Notes under the pieces: generated by a model | Seen by the model: only the letters and a program-made list of their open reading frames with translations | What the model was told of the DNA's origin: nothing | Databases searched by the model: none | NCBI GenBank assembly: GCA_965223905.1 | Contig: CBDCXV010000010.1 | Coordinates: 1,152,001-1,216,000 of the forward strand | Length of the DNA: 64,000 nucleotides | Origin: Candidatus Latescibacterota bacterium | Lineage (GTDB): Bacteria; Latescibacterota; UBA2968; UBA8231 | Direction: 5' to 3' | Shown: in pieces, positions 1 through 8,943 of the stretch | Numbering within the stretch: the first letter of the stretch is position 1 | Layout of the letters: every line of letters starts with the position of its first letter | Position numbers and translations under genes: made by a program

Positions 1-1
1 G

Positions 2-1183
2 GTCACCGGACTCCCGGTCAAGACGATCGACATTACGACCAAGAACAATATTTCCGGCCGCGCGAATTTCCGCCTCGGGCAGCTGATGAAGGCGGTCGGC
101 AAGCCGGGGGTGAAGCAGAGGAGGAGTTCCAGGAAGGACAGGGAGGGGGACGCGAAAAAGAGCAGCGGGGAGAAGAGCAGCGCCCCCCGGGGGGACGAGG
201 GGGGGCCGCCGCAGCCGTTCTTTCTGCGCCGATTCCTGCATTTCGCCGGCGGCCGCGTCGACCCGTTGAGCGCCAACTGGCGCCGCAGCGGGGAGGCGCG
301 AAACTACAACCTCGTCGGACGCCCGGCATTCTCGTACCAGCTAGGGCTCGCCGACAGCCTCGAGATCCGGCGCGCCGCCGCGGGGTTGACCAGGCAGGAT
401 CAGCACAGCCGCAACGAGAACCTCGAGCTGTCGACCGGGGTCAAGCTGCCGGTGGGGTTCAGCGTCAAGACCAACTACAAGGACCAGACCTCGCGCCGAA
501 GCGGCAGCACCCGCAACCGGTTGCGGGTGCGTCGCGAGGAGACCTTTCCAAGCGTCACCATCAGCTGGGGCCGGGCCGACCGCATTCCCTACATCAGGAG
601 GTTCCTCAACAGCGCCCGGGTGAGCGCCTCGATCGACGGCGGGGTTACCGACGAGGGGAACAACTCCCTGCTTCCGCACAACCTGCTGAGCGAGGAAACG
701 TCTGACGAGATGCGCCTGTCCTGGACCGGACAATGGCGCTGGGGTCCGAGCACCCGCATCGGAGTGACGCGTTCCCGGTCGGACGAAACCAACTACGAGC
801 TCGCCGCCGCGGACGCCGGGGTGGACGGGAGACCCCCCGTGCGCGGCAGCGGGACGAGCGAGCGGAGCTCGACCAGCCTCGAGGTGAAGTACCGGCTGAA
901 GCCTCGGGAGCTGCCGCTTTTCGGCAAACTGAAGAGCGAAGTCGACCTCGCCTTCGAGGTCGAGCGCGGGTCGAAGAAAAGATCGAGCGCCACCGGCCTG
1001 GAAGAACCTGTGCCTCTCGAATCGAAGAATGAATGGAAAGCGGAACTGAAGGGGACGTACCGCTTCAGCGACACCTTCCGGGGCAACGGCGTAGTGCGCA
1101 TGGACTACAGCCACGACGACCGGAGAGACCAGTTGCGCAAGGTGCACGAGGTGAGGGTTTCCGGCATGCTGACTTTCCGCTGA
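2..1183 (+). CDS. 3' part of a large outer-membrane beta-barrel protein, probably SprA/Sov-like (T9SS translocon); 5'-truncated by the window edge
   Basis: Frame is open from position 2 (VTGLPVKTIDITTKNNISG...) to TGA at 1183. Repeated amphipathic beta-strand patterns and a BAM-type C-terminus (...VRVSGMLTFR). The SprA assignment rests on resemblance only. Confidence 0.5.
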   Translation, partial: VTGLPVKTIDITTKNNISGRANFRLGQLMKAVGKPGVKQRRSSRKDREGDAKKSSGEKSSAPRGDEGGPPQPFFLRRFLHFAGGRVDPLSANWRRSGEARNYNLVGRPAFSYQLGLADSLEIRRAAAGLTRQDQHSRNENLELSTGVKLPVGFSVKTNYKDQTSRRSGSTRNRLRVRREETFPSVTISWGRADRIPYIRRFLNSARVSASIDGGVTDEGNNSLLPHNLLSEETSDEMRLSWTGQWRWGPSTRIGVTRSRSDETNYELAAADAGVDGRPPVRGSGTSERSSTSLEVKYRLKPRELPLFGKLKSEVDLAFEVERGSKKRSSATGLEEPVPLESKNEWKAELKGTYRFSDTFRGNGVVRMDYSHDDRRDQLRKVHEVRVSGMLTFR

Positions 1184-1245
1184 CGGCGATGATCATCCCG
1201 GGTGTGCGCAAAGGTTTGACCCTGCTTCTTCAGCCGGTATCTTCG

Positions 1246-1632
1246 ATGTTCAACCGGCAGGAGCAGGCCGCGCTGCTGCTGCTTTCGGCAGCGCTCCTGG
1301 TGGGCACCGGCGTAGCCGTCGTCGAGCGCTGGGATCCCGAGGCGATGGAGGAGTTTCACGTAATCGCAGGGGCGGTAGAGGTGCCGGCCGGGGCGCCCGC
1401 CGCCGATCGCGACCCGCCTCCGCCCCCCGAACAGGCCGCGCCGGTAGCCGTCAACACGGCGACCGCGGCGCAGCTGCAGAGGCTCCCCTCGATAGGGCCG
1501 AAGACCGCGGCGCGCATCATCAGCTTCCGGGAGGAGAACGGGCCCTTTGCCAGGCTGGAAGATCTTCTGGAGGTCAAGGGCATCGGCCCCGCAACACTCG
1601 AAAAGATCCGTCCGCAAGTCACCCTGAACTGA
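1246..1632 (+). CDS. comEA: ComEA-family helix-hairpin-helix DNA-binding (uptake) protein
   Basis: N-terminal TM (MFNRQEQAALLLLSAALLVG), Pro-rich linker, then VNTATAAQLQRLPSIGPKTAARII..R.ENGPF..LEDLLEVKGIGP (HhH_3). Alternative ATG at 1189. Confidence 0.9.
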   Translation: MFNRQEQAALLLLSAALLVGTGVAVVERWDPEAMEEFHVIAGAVEVPAGAPAADRDPPPPPEQAAPVAVNTATAAQLQRLPSIGPKTAARIISFREENGPFARLEDLLEVKGIGPATLEKIRPQVTLN

Positions 1633-1636
1633 AGAC

Positions 1637-2608
1637 ATGCTGCGGCCACGGAGAAAGCGAGCCACCGGCATCCACTTCGATGATCGGGGGTTGTACGCGG
1701 TCGAATTGACCCGGACGCGCGGGAGGACGGCGCTGGCCGGAAGCGTACACGTCGACCTGGAGGCCTTCGCAGGCGTCGAAGGTCCCACCGATTCTTCGCT
1801 GCGCGCCGGGCTCACCGCGGCCCTCAGGAAGGCGCGCAACCACCGCGGTATGCGCTTCGAGAATCCGTACGCGACCCTGCGTTACGGGGCCGTGCACCTC
1901 AAGCAGAGACCGCTCTTCTACCGCAAGGGTTCAAAGAACCGGGGCCAGCTCGAATGGGAGGCACGGCAGTTCCTGTCCGACGACCTCCGCTCCTACACCC
2001 TCGATTGCTTCACGACGACGAGAGCCGCCTTCGTCGTGGCCGCGCGCCGCGAGGGAATCGAGGAGGTGGCGGGGATCTGCCGCGGCGCCGGCATTTCCCG
2101 GCCAAGGGTGGATGTCGCCGCACTGGCATTGTGCAACGCCGCCGAGTCGTGCGGGGCATCCTCGCCGGTCGGGATCGACCTGGTTCTGGATTTCGCCGGG
2201 GACCGGGTCACCATGATTCTGATCGCTCGCGGGGAACTGCTTGCGGTCGAGGGCTGCAACTGGGATGGGCGCTACGCTCCGTACGCGCAAGGGGCGCTCG
2301 ACATCCAGGGGGAGAGTGGGCCCGCGGCAACCGCGGCCGCGAACCCGACCCGTGGAGAGCTGTTGTCGGAATCGCTGCGCAGGATGATGGATCTCGAGCT
2401 GGGAGGCGAGGAGCCGGACCGGGTCTGGCTCTCGGGCAGGGAGGCTCTCGATGGGTGGCCGCAGGAGGTCGAGACCAGGCTGTCCCTGGGCAGCAAGGCG
2501 CTCGACCCGTTTGCCAACGTCGACACCACGGGGGCGGACGAGGTGAACGAACCGTTCGCCTTTGCAACCGCGGCCGGCCTCGCCTTTCGAGGCCTGTCCG
2601 AAGCCTAG
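1637..2608 (+). CDS. pilM: PilM-like actin-fold type IV pilus/competence assembly protein
   Basis: N-terminal GIHFDDRGLYAVEL, EARQFL, VVAARRE, VDVAALALCNA, VWLSG, DPF and C-terminal FATAAGLAFRG match the PilM/FtsA-like pattern. Confidence 0.7.
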   Translation: MLRPRRKRATGIHFDDRGLYAVELTRTRGRTALAGSVHVDLEAFAGVEGPTDSSLRAGLTAALRKARNHRGMRFENPYATLRYGAVHLKQRPLFYRKGSKNRGQLEWEARQFLSDDLRSYTLDCFTTTRAAFVVAARREGIEEVAGICRGAGISRPRVDVAALALCNAAESCGASSPVGIDLVLDFAGDRVTMILIARGELLAVEGCNWDGRYAPYAQGALDIQGESGPAATAAANPTRGELLSESLRRMMDLELGGEEPDRVWLSGREALDGWPQEVETRLSLGSKALDPFANVDTTGADEVNEPFAFATAAGLAFRGLSEA

Positions 2609-2643
2609 TGCCCATCGATTTCTCGCCATTACCCCGATCCACT

Positions 2644-2771
2644 TTGAGGGAAAAATCGCGGTTCAATCGAAACCTCATCTGGGCGATTTTTCCCTCAATC
2701 CCGGCTTGCGGCGTTGCCCCGTCTTGCCGTAAACCTTCGGTAAGACGGGGCAAGGCGCCCTGGGAGCCGGG
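2644..2771. other. Two adjacent long intergenic stem-loops
   Basis: Perfect 16-bp IR TTGAGGGAAAAATCGC (2644-2659) / GCGATTTTTCCCTCAA (2683-2698). Second stem 2714-2729 / 2738-2753 (one G-U pair), enclosed by CCCGGCT (2700-2706) / AGCCGGG (2765-2771). Confidence 0.75.
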
Positions 2772-2831
2772 TGCCTCGGCGATTCGGGTTTTTTCAATCT
2801 GTTACCGGGACAGGACACTAGTTTCTCCTTC

Positions 2832-3674
2832 ATGATACGCGTAGAGCTGCTCCCATCCCAGCGCCTGCGCTGGTTGCTGATCGCCGCTCTGGCCGGGGCG
2901 GCCGTGGGCGTGGGCGTGGTCGCTTTTCTGCCGGCGGGAGAGGGGCCCTTGCCCCTCTCCCGGGATTTGCGCGCCACTTTGTCGGAAAAGCTGCACCCGG
3001 TCCGGCACGAGCCGGCGCCGGAAGAGGCGCCTGTTTCCGTCGCCCCAGAAAGGCCGCGGGGGACCAGCGCCTGCCTGCGTATCCTGCGCCTGGGGAATCA
3101 GCTGTCGCCGCGGTTGCGCCTGACCTCGCTGGCGGCCGACGCCGGCGGCGGATACAACCTGGAAGGGTCGTGCCGGGCAGATCAGGTGGAGAGCTTGCAG
3201 AGCATTCTCGATAGCCTGAAGGGGCTGCCGGCGGAGGCGAGCCTGTCGTACTGGCGCGACCGGAATGCGGGGGAAAACCAGTACCGTTTCGCATTCCGGG
3301 GCAGGCTGAGCGGGTTCGGCGGCATTCCGCTGCCCCCGGTGTCCGCGGCCGAAGGGGCATTGCTGTTCGAGCAGGTGGTGGAGCGGGCGCGGGCTGCCGG
3401 ACTGCGCGGCGTCAATGCCGACGCGGTGGCGGAGCAGCGGCTCGGCGATTCCCTTCTGCGGAAGAGGGGGAAGTTCTGGGCTTCCGGCTCCCGTCCTCAA
3501 ATCACCGCTTTCGCGCGCGGGATCGGATTGCCGACGCAGCGGCACGCCCTGGTCGAGTTGCTCGTCGTTCCGGGCTACCCCGGGGCGGACGCGGAGTGGG
3601 AGAGCGCCCAGATGTTCGCGACCGTCGACGTGGTGGTGATGGCCGCCGGACACAGAAACGGAGGTTTGCGATGA
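2832..3674 (+). CDS. PilN-like membrane-anchored protein (hypothetical)
   Basis: MIRVELLP resembles the PilN 'MIRINLLP' PilM-binding motif and is followed by a TM helix; lies downstream of pilM. Confidence 0.55.
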   Translation: MIRVELLPSQRLRWLLIAALAGAAVGVGVVAFLPAGEGPLPLSRDLRATLSEKLHPVRHEPAPEEAPVSVAPERPRGTSACLRILRLGNQLSPRLRLTSLAADAGGGYNLEGSCRADQVESLQSILDSLKGLPAEASLSYWRDRNAGENQYRFAFRGRLSGFGGIPLPPVSAAEGALLFEQVVERARAAGLRGVNADAVAEQRLGDSLLRKRGKFWASGSRPQITAFARGIGLPTQRHALVELLVVPGYPGADAEWESAQMFATVDVVVMAAGHRNGGLR

Positions 3675-4150
3675 AGACCGCCCTCTATCCTGGAAGCTTC
3701 GACCCGATCACCCTGGGTCACATCAACATCATTGAGCGCGCCCTGGACATCTTCGATCGGCTGACCGTTCTCATCGCCGTCAACCCTTCTAAAAAATCGC
3801 TGTTCCCGCTGGAGGAGAAGATCGAGATGATCCGCGAGGCGACGGAACAGTGGCCGCAGGTGAAGGTCGACCATACCTCCGGTCTGCTGGTGGAGTACGC
3901 CCGCGCCAACGGGATCACTCACGCGGTGCGCGGATTGCGCGCCCTCACCGACTTCGATGTCGAATTCTCCATGGCCCTTACCAACCGCGAGCTGTGGGCT
4001 GAATTCGACACCGTCTTCCTGATGACGAGCCAGGAGTACATGTACCTCCATTCCTCCGTCGTGCGCCAGGTGGCGGAAATGGGGGGCGAAGTCACCCGCT
4101 TCGTGCCACCCGGGGTCGCCGCCAGGCTGAAGAGCCGCTTCGGCCGCTGA
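3671..4150 (+). CDS. coaD: Pantetheine-phosphate adenylyltransferase
   Basis: MKTALYPGSFDPITLGH, RGLRA..DF..E, SS.VR motifs; GGAGG RBS; ATGA overlap with the upstream gene. Confidence 0.97.
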   Translation: MKTALYPGSFDPITLGHINIIERALDIFDRLTVLIAVNPSKKSLFPLEEKIEMIREATEQWPQVKVDHTSGLLVEYARANGITHAVRGLRALTDFDVEFSMALTNRELWAEFDTVFLMTSQEYMYLHSSVVRQVAEMGGEVTRFVPPGVAARLKSRFGR

Positions 4151-4171
4151 CCGCGGCCTGCAGGGGCAGCC

Positions 4172-5167
4172 GTGTTCATCGACGAGGTCTCACTCACCCT
4201 TCGCTCCGGCGACGGGGGCAATGGCTGCAGCAGCTTCCGGCGCGAGAAGTACCGGCCGCTAGGAGGCCCCGACGGCGGCGACGGCGGCGACGGGGGCAGC
4301 GTGATCTTCCGCGTCGACGACCGCCTCGATACCCTGCTCGACTACCGCTACCGGCCGCTGATCTCCGCGGGGCTTGGGACCCATGGCCGCGGCGGGAACA
4401 TGACCGGAGCCCGAGGCGAGGACGCGGTCATCAGGGTGCCCCCCGGGACGGTGGTCCGCACCGAGGCTGGGGAGATCATCGTCGACCTCCTCGTCGCCGG
4501 CCAGGAGTTCCGCTTCCTCGAGGGAGGCCGCGGGGGACGCGGAAACGCGCGCTTCGCGACCTCCCGCAACCAGGCGCCCACGCGTGCCGATGAGGGCCGG
4601 CCCGGGGAGAAGGCCGCGGTCCTCCTCGAGCTCAAGCTGCTGGCGGACGTCGGACTCGTCGGCCTGCCCAACGCCGGCAAGTCGACGCTGCTGTCCCGCC
4701 TGTCCGCAGCGCGTCCGAAGATCGCCGGCTACCCCTTCACCACCCTCGAACCGCACCTCGGAATCGTGCGCTGGAGCGAGTACGAGACCTTCCTGATGGC
4801 CGACCTGCCCGGGTTGATCGAAGGCGCCCACCAGGGCAGGGGACTGGGGACGCGTTTTCTGCGCCACGTCGAGCGCACTCGCATCCTGCTGTTCACCCTC
4901 GACGCCGCCAGCCCTCATCCGGAGGGGGATCTCGAGCTGTTGCGCCACGAGTTGCGCCGGAGCAATCCCTCGCTGCTCGCCAAACCGCACGCCGTCGCCT
5001 TGACGAAAGCGGATCTGTTCGAGGTTCCGGACCAGGCGCTTCCCGCGTCGTGGAGCGACCCGGCACCCCGCTTCGCAATCTCGGCGGTCAGCGGGCACGG
5101 ACTCGGCGACCTCGTCTCCTTCCTCGGGAACCGGGTCAGGGAGACGCGCGAGGAGGAACGGCGATGA
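4172..5167 (+). CDS. obgE: GTPase ObgE/CgtA
   Basis: FID...SGDGGNG..SFRREKY.P.GGPDGGDGG, GLPNAGKST, YPFTTL.P, DLPGLIEGA, TKAD, ISA. Confidence 0.97.
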   Translation: MFIDEVSLTLRSGDGGNGCSSFRREKYRPLGGPDGGDGGDGGSVIFRVDDRLDTLLDYRYRPLISAGLGTHGRGGNMTGARGEDAVIRVPPGTVVRTEAGEIIVDLLVAGQEFRFLEGGRGGRGNARFATSRNQAPTRADEGRPGEKAAVLLELKLLADVGLVGLPNAGKSTLLSRLSAARPKIAGYPFTTLEPHLGIVRWSEYETFLMADLPGLIEGAHQGRGLGTRFLRHVERTRILLFTLDAASPHPEGDLELLRHELRRSNPSLLAKPHAVALTKADLFEVPDQALPASWSDPAPRFAISAVSGHGLGDLVSFLGNRVRETREEERR

Positions 5168-6246
5168 ACGGCGCCGGGGAAGCGAGAGCGGCCCTGGAGT
5201 TGCGGCGGCTTCCCCACATAGGGGACGGTCGCGCCGGCCGGCTGATCCGGGAGTACGGCTCGGCGACCGCCGCCCTCGCGCATCGCGGCAGCGACTGGGT
5301 GGGCATCGTCGGTGAAGCAGCCGCCCGGGAGGCCGCGGGCGCAGAGCCCGACAGGGAGTGGGCGGAATCGCAGATCGCCGCGGCGCGCGCCGCCGGGGTG
5401 GAGATCGCACCGTTCGCGAGCGAAAAATATCCCGCGCCGGTGGCGGAGCTGCGCCCGCCGCCGGCCGTTCTCTACATCGCCGGAAATCTGGGCGACCGCT
5501 GCATCGCCGTCGTCGGCACGCGCCGGTGCAGCGAAAGCGGGCGCCGGCTCGCCCGCAGAATGGCGGCAGAGCTGGCCGCGGCCGGGGTCTGCGTAGTCAG
5601 CGGCATGGCGGATGGCATCGACGCCGCGGCTCACGAGGGCGCCCTCGAGGCCGGGGGCGCAACCGCGGCGGTGCTCGGCAGCGGCCTCGACATGCCCTCC
5701 CCCGCGGGCAATCGCACTCTGTACAAGAGGATACTGGAGACAGGTGCGGCGGTTGCGGAGCAGCCGATGGGGACCCCGGCCTCGGCCGGCACCTTTCCGA
5801 AGCGCAACCGCATCATCAGCGCCCTGTGCACCGCGGTAGTCGTCGCCGAGGCCCCGGCGCGCAGCGGTGCCCTGATCACCGCCCGCATCGCCGGCGACCT
5901 GGGGCGGCCCCTGTTTGCCGTGCCGGGGGACGTCGCCGGCGGCAAGAGCTCCGGGTGCCATGGGTTGATCCGCCGCGGCGAGGCCGGGCTGGTCGAAAGG
6001 GCGGCTGACGTGCTGGAGTCCCTCGGACTGGCCGCGGCGCCGCATCCCGGGCCGCCGGGCAGGCCCCCGGCGGACGACGGCTCGCCGGAAGGGGTGGTCG
6101 CGGCCCTGCTGGACGAGACCCGCCACGTCGACGAGCTGAGCGAGCTGAGCGGCCTGGGCCCGGCGCGGACCCTCGATCTGCTGCTGCGAATGGAGATGTC
6201 GGGAAGGGTGGTCCAGCTGCCGGGAAAGCGGTTCTGCCGCCCGTAG
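5164..6246 (+). CDS. dprA: DNA-processing protein DprA
   Basis: IAVVGTR, VVSGMADGIDAAAH.GAL, FPKRNRIISAL, EA..RSGALITA, AVPG, C-terminal wHTH. Confidence 0.95.
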   Translation: MNGAGEARAALELRRLPHIGDGRAGRLIREYGSATAALAHRGSDWVGIVGEAAAREAAGAEPDREWAESQIAAARAAGVEIAPFASEKYPAPVAELRPPPAVLYIAGNLGDRCIAVVGTRRCSESGRRLARRMAAELAAAGVCVVSGMADGIDAAAHEGALEAGGATAAVLGSGLDMPSPAGNRTLYKRILETGAAVAEQPMGTPASAGTFPKRNRIISALCTAVVVAEAPARSGALITARIAGDLGRPLFAVPGDVAGGKSSGCHGLIRRGEAGLVERAADVLESLGLAAAPHPGPPGRPPADDGSPEGVVAALLDETRHVDELSELSGLGPARTLDLLLRMEMSGRVVQLPGKRFCRP

Positions 6247-6250
6247 TCCC

Positions 6251-7087
6251 ATGCAAACGCAGTTCACGCGTCCCTACCGCCTAATCGAGGTCCACCCGGT
6301 CTCCGGCGCCCTCGGCGCCGAGATCAGGGGCGCCGATCTATCCCGGCCTCTCGAACCCGACCTGCTGGCGGAGATCCGCCGCGCCTTCCTCGACCACCTG
6401 GTCATCTGCTTCCGGGATCAGGAACTCACCCCTCGGGAAGAGCTCGCCTTCGCCCGGCAGATGGGCGAACCGATGCCCTATCCGCAACTCGAAGGGTTGC
6501 GGGGATTTCCCCTGATCACCGAGGTGATAAAACGGGAGCACGAGCGGGTGAATTTCGGCGGCGTCTGGCATTCGGACACCGCCTACCTCGAATCTCCACC
6601 GAAGGCGAGCCAGCTGTACGCCATCGAGGTCCCACCCCATGGCGGCGACACGATCTTCGCCAACCAGTACATCGCCTACGAAACCCTTTCGCAGGGACTC
6701 AGGGGGACGCTTGCCGGCCTGGCTGCCGTCAACACTTCCTCGAAACCGGAAATCGCAAGGACGAGGGATGATCGCCTGCGGGACAAGGGGGAAGCGCTCA
6801 AAGTGCTGAGCGCGGTGCATCCGGTCGTGCGCACCCATCCCGAGACCGGGCGCAAGGCCCTCTACGTCAACCGCGGCCATACGATCCGGTTCGAAGGGTG
6901 GACGGAGCGGGAGAGCCGGCCTTTGCTCGACTACCTGTTCGACCACCAGGTGCGCCCGGAGTTCACCTGCCGCATCCGGTGGGAAAGGGGGACCCTCATC
7001 CTCTGGGACAATCGCTGTGCCCAGCACCTGCCCCTGAATGACTACCAGGGCTTCCGGCGCCTGATGCACCGGGTGACGCTGGCTTGA
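6251..7087 (+). CDS. TauD/TfdA-family 2-oxoglutarate/Fe(II) dioxygenase
   Basis: WHSD (HxD), GGDT.FAN, HPVVRTHPETGRKALYVN, WDNRCAQH, MHRVTL. Confidence 0.93.
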   Translation: MQTQFTRPYRLIEVHPVSGALGAEIRGADLSRPLEPDLLAEIRRAFLDHLVICFRDQELTPREELAFARQMGEPMPYPQLEGLRGFPLITEVIKREHERVNFGGVWHSDTAYLESPPKASQLYAIEVPPHGGDTIFANQYIAYETLSQGLRGTLAGLAAVNTSSKPEIARTRDDRLRDKGEALKVLSAVHPVVRTHPETGRKALYVNRGHTIRFEGWTERESRPLLDYLFDHQVRPEFTCRIRWERGTLILWDNRCAQHLPLNDYQGFRRLMHRVTLA

Positions 7088-7096
7088 TGATTGCGT

Positions 7097-7336
7097 TCAA
7101 CTGACTGCGATTTCCCCCCAAGGTGGAGTGGCGACGGAACGGCGCTCCCCCTCGCGCACGTAAATCCTGGCGAGGACATCGAGGAGACCTGCTCGCCCGC
7201 CCGGCCCTGAGCTGTCACCGGCGGCCGACAGGATCGCGGGCAGGGCCTCGCCATCGGCCATGAGCAGTTCGATCTTCGTCCGCTCGGGGAACAACCGCAA
7301 GGTATCGCCAGGAGACATCGGTACGCCTTGCGACAA
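7097..7336 (-). CDS. Small hypothetical protein (79 aa) at the end of the ABC/TolC operon
   Basis: Fills the gap on the operon strand with a protein-like composition; no recognised motif. Confidence 0.4.
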   Translation of the reverse strand: MSQGVPMSPGDTLRLFPERTKIELLMADGEALPAILSAAGDSSGPGGRAGLLDVLARIYVREGERRSVATPPWGEIAVS

Positions 7337-7395
7337 CGCATCCCGGGCGAACGGGAATGCCGCCCCGACCCCGGACGGCCGCCGCCCTCGGACTC

Positions 7396-8943
7396 CTACC
7401 GCCGGCTCGCCTTGACGCTCACCACCGCGACGCCGACCACCAGCAGGATCACGCCGCCGATCAGGAGGGCATTCCGCACCAGGTCAGCCCTCGCCTTGAC
7501 CCGGATGGTGATGTCCCGCTCTTCCGCTTCAATTCGCTCGTCGCCGTCGTACCCCATCGCCTCGACGCGGACGTCGAATTCGCTCTCTCCCAGCCCGTCG
7601 GGGGGCACGAGTGTGATGCTGACCGGTTCCTTCTCGGTCGGCAGGATCCTGTCGATCGTATCCGGCCTTGCCGTGTAGCTCCAGCCGAGCGGCGGCAGCA
7701 GCACGAGGTGCACCCGCTCGACCTCCAGGGTGCCCGTATTCAGCAGGTCTACGCGCACTGTCGCTTTCTCCCCGGTTCTGATCTCCTGGTAGCGGTTGGC
7801 AACGATGCACTCGAGCGTCGCCTTTCCTCGCGGGATCAGCTGAAACACCTCGCTGCTGCCCCTGACCTCTGCGATTTTCTCCACGGGCGCCGTCTTTTCT
7901 CCGTACTCGCGGTTGAGGCCGGCAATCTGCAGGAATCCCTCCTGGTCGGTGATGAAAACGTGGAACTCGATCGTCTGGTCGACGAACCGGCGGCTGAGCT
8001 TTTCGGGAATCTGCAACTCGAGTTCCAGCTGTTGACGTGTGGCCTCCTCACTGAACTTCACCTGGGTCAGACTGGCGCCGTTGCGAGGGTCGAGGAAAGC
8101 GGGGTCGATCTCCCGGGGCAGGTTGACGAGGGCGAGGCGGAACGTCTTCTCGTCTTCCGCCAGGCGTTCGAGTATCAGGTCGTAACGCACCGTCGTGTTG
8201 AGGTCGCCTTCCTGTGAGAACTGCACCGAGTTGATCGTCGGAATGTCCTGCAGGCTCTCCCGCCGGAGCACGATGTGCATGTCCTCGAGCTCATCATTCT
8301 GCAGCCGCATCGACACGACGGCGGTTTCGCGATCCTGCAGGAGGCGGAATGTCAGGCTCCTCTCTTCCCCGAGCTTCAGCGACGGAATCCCGGTCTCGTA
8401 CGGCTCGGCCACCGTCAACCCGACGACGGACTCCAGCGACACGGTAATGTTCTGGATTTCGAGGAGCGCCGCGATCTCCGCTCTCGACTTTCCGGGGTTG
8501 AGCGACATCGCCTGGGTGATGTTGGAGGCGTTCTTCAGGGTAATGTCGACCTGCCGGTGCCCCCCGGGGGCGCGGTACTTGATCGCCTCGACCACGGAGA
8601 TGTGGGTGGCGTCGGCGAGGAAATCGAGCCGCGTGCGCTCCAGTTTGAACACCGCTTCTTCGTATTCTAGGTTCGCCTGCTCGTAGTCGCGCTTGGCTTT
8701 GTTGAGCTTGTCGAGGGTCTCGATTTTCTGCTCGTAGAGATCCTGGATGACTTCATACTCGTTCTTGCTGTTTTCCATCTCAAGCTGCTGCGAGTCGACG
8801 TCCCAGCGCGCCTGGCGCAGCTTGATGTCGTAGAGGCGCTGCTCCTTGGTGCGCAGATCCTTGGCCGCGAGCTCTGTTGTGAAGGCGGCCACCCCAAGCA
8901 CCAGCACGAGTATGGCGGCGGCACCGCGCAGGGAACCGGTCAT
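7396..8943 (-). CDS. Exported protein: signal peptide, MFP-like alpha-hairpin, Ig-like/NEW3 domains, C-terminal TM anchor (paralog B, 515 aa)
   Basis: MTGSLRGAAAILVLVLGVAAF signal; coiled coil (DLYEQKIETLDKLNKAKRDYEQA); NEW3-like LLNTGT...PPLGW....P..I..I.P.E; ends in a TM plus SRR. Confidence 0.8.
   Translation of the reverse strand: MTGSLRGAAAILVLVLGVAAFTTELAAKDLRTKEQRLYDIKLRQARWDVDSQQLEMENSKNEYEVIQDLYEQKIETLDKLNKAKRDYEQANLEYEEAVFKLERTRLDFLADATHISVVEAIKYRAPGGHRQVDITLKNASNITQAMSLNPGKSRAEIAALLEIQNITVSLESVVGLTVAEPYETGIPSLKLGEERSLTFRLLQDRETAVVSMRLQNDELEDMHIVLRRESLQDIPTINSVQFSQEGDLNTTVRYDLILERLAEDEKTFRLALVNLPREIDPAFLDPRNGASLTQVKFSEEATRQQLELELQIPEKLSRRFVDQTIEFHVFITDQEGFLQIAGLNREYGEKTAPVEKIAEVRGSSEVFQLIPRGKATLECIVANRYQEIRTGEKATVRVDLLNTGTLEVERVHLVLLPPLGWSYTARPDTIDRILPTEKEPVSITLVPPDGLGESEFDVRVEAMGYDGDERIEAEERDITIRVKARADLVRNALLIGGVILLVVGVAVVSVKASRR

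Noticed and set aside
1216-1243. TTGACC-N16-TATCTT promoter before comEA
   Set aside because: The -10 box lies only 2 nt from the likely ATG and the match is weak.
2644-2771. Possible c-di-GMP (GEMM-I) riboswitch near pil genes
   Set aside because: A TAAACC..GGTA segment is reminiscent, but the GNRA-capped P2 and conserved junction residues could not be placed. Kept only as an unassigned structure.
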